A stretch of 64,000 nt of DNA from Oikopleura dioica (Eukaryota; Animalia; Chordata). The notes below the pieces were generated by a model. That model worked only from the letters and a program-made list of their open reading frames with translations, had not been told where the DNA came from and did no database searches. Positions 23,850 through 35,139 of the stretch are shown one piece after another. The stretch is taken from the NCBI GenBank assembly GCA_907165135.1, contig OU015566.1:2108001-2172000 (forward strand), written 5' to 3'. A program made the translations under genes and the position numbers. Position 1 is the first letter of the stretch. Each line of letters begins with the position of its first letter.

Positions 23850-26800
23850 GTAACAATAACAATTGGAGCAAAGACATCAACCCCTTGGTCCGCGACCGTG
23901 TCAACTGAAATAAAATTTTCGGCGGAATCTCATAGCGGATTTCAATTCTCTTCACTAGTCGAGTTTTTTTCAGTTCTTTGAATCCGCTGCCTAGATTGAT
24001 TCGTTGGATTGATCTTTCATCGCTGTATAAATGCCCTGGAAAAACATAAATACTACCATCAACGACTTTAATAAGGGATAGCTCATCGTATTATCAAGAA
24101 AAATTGTCAGAATTTTTTAAAATTATCTAAAATAAGTCAACTAGCAACTTGAAATCCCTTGAATAAAACTGATGAAGATAAAACAGCCTTGGAGAGGCTT
24201 CCGTCCAAATACCAATTATTGTTCATCATTCTCCAAACATCTTCAAAATGTTGGTCTATCTTATCATCCACTCCTCCAATTGTCAGCAAAGCTCCTGAAG
24301 GAAGTCCGATCGCCGACGCTAGTTTAATCCATCTTCAATTTTTTATCACACAAACCGATTAAATTGAAAAAAATGCATTACCTCGGATGATCCTTTATTG
24401 GTATCCAACCGTCTTTTGTCAAGGCTTCCACTGTTCCATTTGCGTACGCACCTCCAACAGCAATTGGACGGCCATTGTACAAGCCAAGAGCACCAAAAGT
24501 GTGGTCGAAATTCGTTGCGAAGATGTGTTTGATTTTTCTCCCATCAAATTTTTCGCATGTTCTTCCATAATAATCATCGAAACAAATGATAGCTTTAAAA
24601 AGTTCAGAATTTTTTTTACAATCTTCAAGCAAACCCTTATTGCCTCCGATTAAGGTGATAGCATCCGCAAGCCAATATCTGTAGCTCAATCTTGTCCGTA
24701 ATTTTACAAAAGTGCACTTCTCTAACCGAGAAATCTAGGAAAATTGGATTAACTATAACAGCAATTCAAATTAAAAAGGGGGTCTCCTAGTTCAACCTTG
24801 TCTTTTAGCATGTGGGTCCCTGGCTCATCCTTGACTTTTAGCGTGTGGTTCCCTAGTTCATCCCGCCAACGCAGTCTAGTTCAGTCGGGATGAACTAGGG
24901 AACCAAACGTTAAAAGTGAAGGATGATCCAGGGAATCACATGCTGAATTTCACAGATGAACAAGGTGGCCCCTTATTTTACCGCGTGTGGATCTTTAAAC
25001 CCTCCAAGAATGAAAAGCTGATTTTTAACGAGAACATGTCTCGAATCTTGAGTATATTGAGACAGGGCTCCTTGATGATCATTTGGAGCTTTGATAAATA
25101 TCTCTTTGCTGATTGATCCGTCGCCGAGTAGAGCATAAGGATCGACAAGACCGGAGTGATGTGGTAAAATAACGCTTATTTGTGTTGATTCTCTTGTTGA
25201 ATAAATGAAATTTTTGATTGATATATGGCGATTGAATTTGTAAATCCGTATTCTTTTGTCAATTATTTTTTCGAATCCAGACAGTTTTATAGCTTTTTCT
25301 TCTTTTTTGTCGGACTGCTTCTGATAAATAAAAGAAAAGGAGTCATTTTTGAATCGGAATTCGAGTTTGAGCAGCTCTGATGAAAAAATTGTTGAATTTA
25401 TCTTTTCAGGAAAATAATCTGAGTAAAGGAGAAGGAAACCATTCATTGATGATTCAAGGCCGAAAAGAATACTTTCATCAAAAAATTTGAATTCAAGAAT
25501 AGAAGTTGTTCCTTTTAAAAGAGGAAAATTCAATTCAAGCTCGAAATGATCGCTTCCATCAAGTGCCAGGATAAGAGAGGAAATATGTTCGAAGTGCGCA
25601 AGTGTGGTGAAAAAATAATCGGGAATGATTGTGCGTGGAAAGGGTCTCGAAATAGAGCTTGTTTGACGGTAGAACTGCGGTTGTGAGGCAGCGTTTTTCG
25701 CAAATGCGGGAAAGACGTCATCATGGAAGGCAAAATATGGATTGCTTGTTACGTGCATCTTCTTTTGCGCTTTCGTTTGCACGAAGTCAAGCTCAATTAG
25801 CTCTTTTAGAAGGATTTCAGATGTCAAATCTGGCTTTCGGGAAGCCTTTTGGTCGGGAAGAAAGCTCGAAAATCCCGTCCGAAATCAAATTTTATCTCAA
25901 ACGTTGCGTCAAAAACAAAGCTTTGAATAAAAAAATTTTTCATCGTAAGCAACTGCATTCCCAAAATACTCGCATTCGTCGTTATTATTGCCATTTTGAT
26001 CCGTGTAGAAGCGGTCATTTTTAGCGAACAAATTAGAGACGCAGTTGGTTTTTTCTTCATATTGAACGAGAGAACCTATCCACTCGCTGCTGAGAGCAAG
26101 AAATTTTCCCTCCGCTTCCAAAAGAAAAGAATATTGAGTATTTGAGAGAGCGATGCTTCTTGTCACCAGAATAAGGATCAATCTTCCCAAGTCAATCAAA
26201 GGAACCACGTGAACAGGGTCAATATCTCGAAAAACAACTGGAAGAGAAATTTCATCTTTCCGCCAACCCTTTTCGAGTTCTTCGCTCTTTCTTATCTTAT
26301 TCAAAGCAATTGTCCTTGAAACTTTGATCCAACGGTCACCAAGCCTGATGCTCATCAAATGAAAGACCCCTTTGAAAGTTACAGATGAGGTTTTTACGTT
26401 AAAATGGTTGCTAGCAATAAAGCCTTGTGCTTCTTCGAAGCGATTCAAGTTGTAGTCTGGCGCATAATAATAGCATTTATCAGATCTGGAAGTTGGTGAG
26501 CTTAGTGTTGGTCAAAAATTGATTGTTTTCTGTGTAAGTCGAAATCTAAAAGACCCTGTTTCAAATAACAACAACTGGAAACACCGCTTTACTTCTTTCT
26601 TTCCTGAGTATTTCTATATGATGAGTTCCAATAGAAGACATAAAATGAAAAACGAAGAATCCGCTAAAAAGCTCATCTCCTCAATCAAACTCAATCTACT
26701 TACATTTGACTCTTCTGATTCGGAATACTTTTCGGTGAAATATTCCTCTCACTGAAAATCACTAGATTTCCAATTACATCGACCAAGAAGTGCTCGCCAT

Positions 26801-29800
26801 TGAGAAAAGTGGAACCGGTCGACTTAAAGATTTTTGATGACGAAATCATATTGAAATAAATCATCAATCACTTACATATTGAAATAATGGAATATCGATT
26901 AGGACTTTTGTTCCGTTTAAATTGAGGTCAGAAAGAAAGATTGGAAATTTTTTTCTCTTGCTCTGACGACCATCCCAACGACCAGCAATTAACTCGTCGG
27001 ATTGCTTCTGATCTGTCACCATTAAAATATCTTCAGAGGCATCAAAGTTTTCGGATTTTGAAAGATCAAAAACTGGAATAAGTTTTTGTTTCGACTCGGC
27101 CAATTTTTCGCATTTGTAAAAAGGGCAAGGGCACCCTTTCTTACAGTATTTTTCAGTTGGGCAAACATCACCAGCTGAATCAAAAGACCTGGTCAGCTGA
27201 AAACAGATGGACTCGCAGGGGGAAATTGCGGTGTTTCCTGGTTTGGTAAAATTCCTGGTTTGGTAAGAGTCATGGTTTGGTAAGAATCCTGGTTTGGTAA
27301 AGTTTTTGAAGTCTTACCAAATCAGGAATTTTACCAGACCATGATTTTTACCAAACCAGGAAATCTATTTTCAAAAATCTCAAAAATCAAAAAGTGAAAA
27401 CATCGAGTCTTACCGTTTTTGCTCAACCCCCCCTCGAAGTGAAAAATATAAAAATAAAAATCATTTTTTCGCAAAAGCAGACCAGAAATGCCAGAAAATT
27501 GCCAATTTATCAGTAAGATAAGCCTTATTTTAAGTTCTATTTCTTTCCTACCCCTCTTACTGCATCAAAATTCCCTCAAAAGATAGTTGCAAATTTTGCT
27601 TTATTGAATGAACTGAGCCAGAGTTGTACATTTGGCAAATTTTTCTCGTAGCGGAGATAGCGGAGCTGACCCGAAAATTTAGCGGGGCTGACCAAAAAAA
27701 TTTTCCCCGTAGCGGAGCGGAGCGGAGCTGACTAATTTTCTTTTCCCCGTGGCTGAGCGTAGCGGAGCTGACTCAAAATTTTTTCTCCGTAACTAAGCGT
27801 AGCGAAGCTGATCAATTTTTGTGACCTGTAGCGGAGCTGACGAAAAAAAAAAAATTCCCGTAGCGGAGCGGAGCGGAGATAGGTGGAGTATTAGCTAGGA
27901 TAGCTAAGCTAAGCTGAACTAGCTGAAAAAGCCCAGGGCCGTTATCTACACTGATTGAGAACTTATTTTACTCAGAAAAGGGCCTTATTTTACATAGAAA
28001 GGGCTTATTTTACACGCGGCATAAGGGTACTGCCGAATCTGTTGAACCTTAAATCATTTGATAAAAAATAAGTTTTAGGGGGAAAATGGCCCTTCTTTTC
28101 TAGGGTCGGCGCCGACCATCGACCAAATCGACATTGTCGGGTGTCGGGTCGGGTTTCGGTCGGACCGACCCGACCCGACATTGATATTTGTCGTTGGTCG
28201 GTCGATGGTCGGGTTTTTGTCGGGTCTGTGGTCGGTTTTCGCATATTCTCGCCGAGAATTTCTCGGGCATGTTTTCTGACATAAATTCACTTCTGTTATT
28301 CGAGAAGTTTTTCATATTTTAATGTCACTAGCGCCAAACCATTTAGAATTTTGGACATTTATAAAATCGAATGTTTCATAACCCCCATCTTTGGATTTTG
28401 AAGCTTTTTCATCATTCTCATCGGCCGACCACCGACCCGACCATGATTTCGGCCATTTCAAAGTGGCCCGACCCGACCCGACATTGAAAAAGGGTGGTCG
28501 ATGCCGACCCTAGCTTCTTTAACGGGATTTTCACTGACTTTTTCTGGCCAAGATATTTACTAATTTACGCCGTTTTCTGTAACTGGTAAACTGGTAAATA
28601 CTCAGATTTTGCCTATCTAATCAGGTTTTCCCTCATTTTTGGAAAGGGCCTTTTTTACACAGAGAGGGGCCTTATTTTACAGAGAAAGGGGCCCTATTTT
28701 ACACAGAAAAGAGCCCAAACTTAGTCAGCTTAGTAGCGGTAGCTGAGCTTACCCCTAAAGAGCGGGTAAAAGGTGCGGAAACGTAGCGCTCACTTTTGCT
28801 ACTTCTAGAAGAAATTAGTAGGAAAAGTGCGAGCTAGAGGTCCGGCAACGCAGCACTCACCCTTTAGGGTGCGGAAACTCCTCACACAGTTATAAAAAGG
28901 GGGGTCACAATTATAACGGGCAAATTCTTCCCGAGACTCACAATTATAACGGGTTCAATATTCTTCCCTGGACTCACTAAGTTAACGGGATTTTCAGATT
29001 CTCGAAATGAATTGAGCGCCCGTGGCGAGCTTGCTCTTCGTTTTTTCTAGAAGTGTAACTTTGATTTTCTAGAAGTGCTCAGAACAAAATTCGATTGGTT
29101 CGCCGATTTCGAGTTCAGCTGAGTTCAGTCAATTCATTTTGAGAATCTGAAACCCGTTAACTTAGTGAGTCCAGGGAAGAATATTGAACCCGTTATAATT
29201 GTGAGTCTCGGGAAGAATTTGCCCGTTATAATTGTGACCCCCCTTTTTATTAATAGAAACTCGACATTTTCCAATAAAGAGGGATGAAGACATCGATATC
29301 AACAACTTTCGACGTCTTTTTTCATCCTCTTTTTTACGAGGTCAGTCGAGGTCACGTAACCCCAAATGACCTCACTAAAATCCACTGCGAGATAAAAAAA
29401 TATATCATTTTAAAGGAAAAATTTTTCATATTTAAATTGAAAACCATAATAAAGTGAAAAACAAGAATTATTTAAATAACATATTATTAAACAATATTAA
29501 ACAACAAATCACACCACTGTATGTTTTAGACTAAAACTTTAAGTAGTAAGATTGTGTTTAAGTGACTTAAATGACTGTCATTGAGCTGAGCTGAGCAAAG
29601 TGATAATTGTCTGAGCTGAGCTGAGCAGATCATTTTATTTTCAAAAATCACTGAGCTTAGCTGAGCGACTGCTCAGCTGACTCAGCTCAGAGAATTTTTT
29701 ACTCAGGTCAGCTCAGTTCATTCAATAAAGCAAAATTTGCAACTATCTTTTGAGGGAATTTCGATGCAGTAAGAGGGGTAGGAAAGAAATAGAACTTAAA

Positions 29801-30804
29801 ATAAGGCTTATCTTACTGATAAATTGGCAATTTTCTGGCATTTCTGGTCTGCTTTTGCGAAAAAATGATTTTTATTTTTATATTTTTCACTTCGAGGGGG
29901 GTTGAGCAAAAACGGTAAGACTCGATGTTTTCACTTTTTGATTTTTGAGATTTTTGAAAATAGATTTTCCTGGTTTGGTAAAAATCATGGTTTGGTAAAA
30001 TTCCTGATTTGGTAAGACTTCAAAAACTTTACCAAACCAGGATTCTTACCAAACCATGACTCTTACCAAACCAGGAATTTTACCAAACCAGGAAACACCG
30101 GAAATTGCTTGTGTACGTTTTAAATTCAGAACAAGCGTATTTGAACAAAGATGCCGGCATATTTTCGCATCGTAAAATTTTTTCTTCTTGCAGCGGACCA
30201 AATTGAGTTTATTATCCTCCTCTGAGAATTCTAGGGCTTCTTCTTCTGGTTGCTGTATTCTAGAGACTGGCTCAGGGAGAGGAAACATTTGTGTTTCGTA
30301 ACATTGCTTCATCAAATGCCCGCATAAGTCCATATTTTCCACACGAATGCATTTTTTATAATTTCGATTACAAGTCGATGTAAGAAAAGTGGCTACGCCA
30401 CGTGATTTTTCCAAAGATTGAAGATTCGCTTGAAATCGTTAAAAAATAATTTGCTGTCAATTTCTTACTCAAAAGCATGATTAAAATCCAAAATAAGGAA
30501 CCAAGTCCAAGGTAGACTTTCAACTGAGTATCTGTCGAAAAACCATGCTGAGACAGACTCACTCTGTTCCTGATTTTTTTGACCCAGGTTTTCTTTTTCA
30601 AATCTCGCTTTTGGGTGTTGATACTTCGAGAAGAAAGCACCTCTTCCGGAAATAAATAAACTTTCTTCCCTTTATGCTTGAGAACACCTATGCAATGACA
30701 ATCCATACACTGAAAATTTGCAATCAGTAATTTTATACCAGGATAACTACCTTGACTCTAGTTTGATAAATCCGGTTTCTGCTCTTGCCATGGTCGTGTT
30801 TCAT
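23850..30804 (-). CDS. TM-anchored Cys-rich + kelch-like repeat protein (Oikopleura-type expanded family), interrupted by the element at 27230-30099; may be two tandem genes
   Basis: N-terminal TM 'VYLGLGSLFWILIMLL', Cys module 'CPTEKYCKKGCPCPFYKC', and kelch-like blades 'LFILGG', 'ISRLEKCTFVKL', 'AIICF...CEKFDG', 'LGLYNGRPIAVGG' and 'LLTIGG'. The 3' end is approximate. Confidence 0.55.
24775..24978. mobile_element. Degenerate inverted-repeat MITE filling an intron of the kelch-like gene
   Basis: ttttagcgtgtggttccctagttcatccc pairs with gggatgaactagggaaccaaacgttaaaa. The outer arms are degenerate. Confidence 0.55.
27648..27885. repeat. Dispersed short repeats (gtagcggagc(g/t)gagctgac) inside the Mutator-like element
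   Basis: About 7 recurrences of agcggagctgac-like units. A related gctgagct array occurs at 29580-29715. Confidence 0.7.
28100..28513. mobile_element. Nested MITE (CTAGGGTCGGC...GCCGACCCTAG), rich in ccgac subrepeats
   Basis: 11-bp terminal inverted repeat. Flanks cttctttt and cttcttta (7/8 match) suggest a possible 8-bp hAT-type TSD; a TA duplication is the alternative reading. Confidence 0.7.
28892..29250. mobile_element. Nested inverted-repeat element with ~100-bp near-perfect arms
   Basis: ataaaaaggggggtcacaattataacgggcaaattcttcccgagactcac... is mirrored at 29150-29250. No clear TSD. Confidence 0.8.
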
Positions 30805-31051
30805 CTGCAAAAAGGCTTGAAAAGAGCACTTAATTTGATAGAACGGGAAGAACCGCTTTTTCGAGTTTTACCAATCTACTTGACAGTTTTACTGCTTTCT
30901 CCGGTATTCCGAATACCATATTCGGTTTTCAGCGCTTGAATTCATGCATTGAAAGCATAATTTTTATCTTAGTGTTAGACCAATGAATCATCGGCAATGA
31001 TTGTTTTTTTTAATGCAAAATACATTATCTCTCAGTTTTTATTTGTCAACT

Positions 31052-32227
31052 TTATTCCAAACTATTAACCAAAAGCATCACAAAAATAACCACAGAATTA
31101 TTGACACGGTTAGCAGCTGAACAAGTGATTGTCTCCAATGTTGGTATTGTTTCTGGAGACTCAGTTGGTGTTGTTGTAGCACTCGTTGTTGTTTCAGAAA
31201 ACGTCCAGATTGGTAATAACGTTTGAGGGCATCCCCCATTAGACAAGCATGAATAAAGAATATCCAATTTTTTATGTACAACATTGATTTCAGTCTGCAA
31301 GTTAATTATTGTCCCTAAATTTTCCAGAGTCGCCTCTTGAACTTGAAAAGGATAACTCTATTTATCAATAAAATAATCTCAAAACACCCTTTTCCTGCTT
31401 TCAAAATTTGATTGGCTTGATCATCTCGATCAATCAGGTTTTGATGAAAATTTTCAAGTGTTATAAGACGGGTTTTTTGCTCATCAAATTCCTCCTTGAT
31501 AGTGGCATCTCCAAGATGAATACCATCTATGACTGATTTACCATAGATCACAAAAATCGTAATTATGGATGAAGCGGCGATACAAATAATCAGAGATAGC
31601 GTTATTATGATTCTTCTCGCCCTTTTACGCTCTGATTTCCGAGAGCTTAAAAAATAATAAAAAAATGAAAAATATAACGTTTATTAACCTTTTGATCGCC
31701 GCATTCTCAATTTTCAGGTTCTTATAGTCTTCAAGAAGGAAACTTGGCGGCTAAAAATGTGTTATTACAATTTCTTAAAGACCCCCGTCAGCTTTTTTGA
31801 AAAATCTTTTTCGGAATTTTAAAATTTTGACCCCGGAAATGGATTCTTCAGGTCAAAAACGATTTTCAGGCGTCATTTTTTGGGGGTCTATCTCGACTCT
31901 AACACCCCTAAAATCGCATTTGAAAATTGGACTTTTCGCCGAAAATTGACGAATTTGCCCTAATTTTGCCAAAAATATCGATTTTTATTGGTCAAATCTT
32001 CGTCCTCTACAGTTTTTGAAGCAAGTTTAACTTGAGGACACATAAAGAACCAAAAATATGGTGTTTTTAAAAATTTCAATTTTTCGAAGGAAAAAGCTGA
32101 CGGGGGGGTCCTTAATAAGTAATTTTTAAAATTATTTATTGTCCACCTCAAACTTAGCAGGAGTCGTCTCAGTCAGATTGGACTCGGAGATTTTCGAAAA
32201 ATCTTTCAACGATGTGTCTCTTTTCAT
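31052..32227 (-). CDS. Orphan protein: cytoplasmic tail + type II TM + coiled coil + Thr-rich stalk + GPI-signal-like C-terminus
   Basis: Four exons join in frame: MKRDTS...KFE | PPSFLLEDYKNL...IKS | SRKSERKRARR IIITLSLIICIAASSIITIFVIYG ...IKEEFDEQKTRLITLENF...ILKA | VQEATLENLGTIINLQTEINVVHKKLDILYSCLSNGGCP...TTTSATTTPT...CSAANRVNNSVVIFVMLLVNSLE*. Confidence 0.65.
31779..32111. mobile_element. TTAA-flanked MITE with purine-purine termini (Kolobok-like) in the first intron of the 31052-32227 gene
   Basis: TTAA|AGACCCCCGTCAGCTTTTT ... AAAAAGCTGACGGGGGGGTCC|TTAA. An internal segment (~31870-31910) recurs inverted at ~46210-46250. Confidence 0.65.
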
Positions 32228-32557
32228 TTTTTTTTGAGCTTTGACCTTTTGACGGAAAAATGATTTTCCCTTTTCTCACATAAAGTAATAATAAACCGGA
32301 TATTGATTTCAAGCTTAATGGTTATGAATAGAGGAGGTCGAGATGTCAAATGATTTTCACTTATAAAAGTGAGATAAAACAGGACTTGAGCCTTTTCCTC
32401 CAGGAAGCGCACTTTCAGTCCATATTTTGTCAAAAGTTTATGCCGCTCAAGTCGCTTTACTTATCGCCTACCTCCTCCCAAATCCCCTTATCAAGGCTTC
32501 AACGATCGAAATCAGCTTCACTTATCAAAAGTCACTCCCAACGAAAGCTTTTCAATC

Positions 32558-33249
32558 ATGGATGACGATTTCGTCAAGAAGCGCCTCGAGCGAGATTTGG
32601 CCGAGCTCAAGAGAATGTGCGACGATCACTTCCAGAAGCGAGCAGCCGATGAGGAGAACATTACTGAGCTCGAGGGACGAATGAGCGAGCGAAAGAATGT
32701 AAGGGCTAGTGCTTAGGGTTGAAGTTTCTTCTTCAAAGGAAAAAAAAGTTGAATACTGAAATATTTTTTCAGCTCCGAGAAGAGCAGAAAAATGCCCGAT
32801 TGGAAAAAGAAAAAGCCAAGAACGAGGCCGAGCGACTCGCCAAAGAAGCCAAGGAAAAGGCTGAAGAAGAGCGAAAAGCTAACGAAGCTGAGGAGAAGGC
32901 CGCGATTCTTTCTGGTGAGTAATGAGGTTATTTTTGGCTATGATTTCATGCTCCCCTCTTTCGCCACGTTTTCGCACTTCGTATTTTTTCGGCACGTGTC
33001 AACAGCTGAAGTCGAGGAAACTAAGAGCAAATTGAAAATTAACGAGGTTCAAATGATTTCTTCGAGTTCGAACAAGGCGAACTCAAAGAGTGATTCCCCT
33101 ATTTTCCCCTTTTTTTCTACCATAAATAATGAATAAACCCCCTTTTAGCCATGTCCCAGGGCTACGACAAGGAAGCCGCCCGAAAGCGACGAGGCGAAAA
33201 GCGACGACTCAAGCGACGATCTGCCGCCATCAAGCAGGCCCAGGCCTAA
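32558..33249 (+). CDS. TNNT-like: Short troponin T-like protein (~128 aa, 3 exons)
   Basis: 'DFVKKRLERDLAELKRMCDDHFQKRAADEENITELEGRMSERK' matches the TnT1 tropomyosin-binding helix (KR.EKDL.EL..LI..HFE.RKKEEEEL..L..RI..RR). Confidence 0.8.
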
Positions 33250-33651
33250 GGGCGTCTCATCAGCCAATCATTCTCTCCAAATTATCACGTGCCGTTCTTT
33301 TTTCATGTCTTCTTCTTCTGTCCCTCTCTAACTCACTTCCTTTTCGTGCTTTCTTGCTTCTTTTTGCGCCGGAATATGAAGCTCTAGAAACTTGAAAGGA
33401 ATTGACAAGAGAGTAAATCTTATTTTCAAATTGTGTGTGTCGACAACACTTTTTTTGTATTTTTTGCGCTGTGCCTTCTTTATAGACCTGATTTCGGAAG
33501 ACCGTTGAAATTTCAAAAGCCTTTTAATAAACTTTTAAATAACAAAAATTGCGCTTTTTTGACAGATTTATTCCTCGAAAATGACAAATAAATCATTTGA
33601 AATGATAGCAGAAAAAGACGCAAGAAACATTCCTTCTTCGGAATGGATGGA

Positions 33652-34732
33652 TTAACCGAAGAGATCCATGCCGAAGTCTTCGTCGGAGGACTCTTCAGAT
33701 TCTTCAGCGGCTGGTGCGGCTTCCTCAGCTGCCTCAGCGGCTTCTTGAAGCAAGAATGGGAAAAACTGATATTGGGGCTTTTCAAACCTGGAGCAGCAGA
33801 AGCAAAGGCCTCAGGATTGGCAAGGTATTCCTTGAGCTTCTCGACTTGTGGGAAGGTAATTTCAGTCGCCGCAGCAATGGCCTGGATGTTCTTGAAGGCA
33901 TTGGCGATGCTGTGAGGAGCAGAAGCAGCGGTAGGATAACCAATCGACAATGAAACGGCGGCGACATTGCTGACAGCGCTGAGGAACTTCGCTTTGATGT
34001 CGTCCTCGGTGATGTCGAGAATGTCAGGAGAGTAGATAGTTCCAGCATCGTAGCAGCTGATGACGTCAAGACCGTAGGTGAAGGGAGAGATCTTCAGCAT
34101 GTTGAGAAGGGTGGCGGCGGATTCACCGACTTTGTCGCCTTCGTTGATCAAGTTGACAGGGGCGGTGATTTCGATGTTACCACGGGTAATCTTGGTTGGG
34201 ACAGAAAGGGCCTGGAAGAAAGATGTTTTCTCGGGACCGAGAGTTGTGACCTGATTGGGTTCTAGGCATCCAGAGACATGAAGGAAAGTTAATATCTAGA
34301 ACCATTCCTGTGGAGGAACAACAACAGGAACAGGAGCAACAGCACCAGTTCTAGCGGCAGCAGGCACCTTGAAGCTCATCACCAAGTCACGGATTTCCTT
34401 CATGTCTCCGTTGAAGCAAACAAGACCGACGTTGAGCTTAACCAAGTAGGACAGCTTTTCGAGCTCGGGCTTGTCCTCGTACAATTGGCGCATGGCTTTC
34501 TTCATCATGGTGTTTTTGCCCATGAGAATTTCACCTTGACCTCGGAGACCTAAATTCAAATAAAGAGTCTCGCTTTCAAATCATCATTTCTACCTGTTCG
34601 GATTTGCTGAAACTGCTTGGAAGTAACATTATCAGCATCGCAAACAAGGACCTTGTCGTACTGAGAGAGAATTCTCTCGACTTTTTGGAAGTATTCGGCC
34701 TTCCATTCCTTTCGATCTCTTCCCAAAACCAT
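33652..34732 (-). CDS. RPLP0: 60S acidic ribosomal protein P0, 4 exons
   Basis: 'DRKEWKAEYF', 'ADNVTSKQFQQIR', 'LMGKNTMMKKA', 'KVPAAARTGAVAP', 'LGPEKTSFFQAL' and acidic C-terminus 'EESSDEDFGMDLFG*'. Confidence 0.97.
34251..34307 (-). other. Non-canonical GA-AG intron in RPLP0 (CAG|GAATG...TCAG)
   Basis: The only 57-nt removal that restores 'VPPQ|VTTLGPEKTSFFQ' in this highly conserved protein. Confidence 0.85.
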
Positions 34733-35139
34733 AGTTGATAAGACTTGAGTTAAGGGTAGCAAGAAGCTATTTAAGAGATTCTTTGAGAAATCCGACGAGT
34801 CTTAATCGTTAAAATAATTTTTAAAATAAAAAATGAATGCAGGGCAAATTGATGAATAACTTGTTCACAGTCACATTTTTCTCTATTAGGACTCGGTTCA
34901 ATTTTTTTCTCTGGATATAAAAAGGCGTTTTTACGATGAACCTAACTCACGCGGCTCATAAAAAAACGACTCTAACGAAAATATTACTAATCTTCGTTTG
35001 AAAAAAGGTCGAACAGGAAATAGGCTTCTGGAGGGAGCATATTTAACTGACAAATGAAAATCCAAACAATTAAAAATATCAGTTTTCATGTCGACAAATA
35101 CTTTTTTTTTCAATATTTTTATCATATTTGTTATTTGGT

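Larger units (their letters stand above)
27230..30099. mobile_element. Non-autonomous Mutator/Foldback-like element with ~390-bp TIRs and a 9-bp TSD GGAAATTGC
   Basis: Arms 27230-27618 and 29711-30099 are near-identical inverted copies (about 3 differences seen). Termini are GGTGTTTCC...GGAAACACC. The TSD lies at 27221-27229 and 30100-30108. No transposase ORF. Confidence 0.9.

Noticed and set aside
27230-30099. Autonomous transposon
   Set aside because: No long ORF or DDE motif. The short ORFs in the track are translations of subrepeats.
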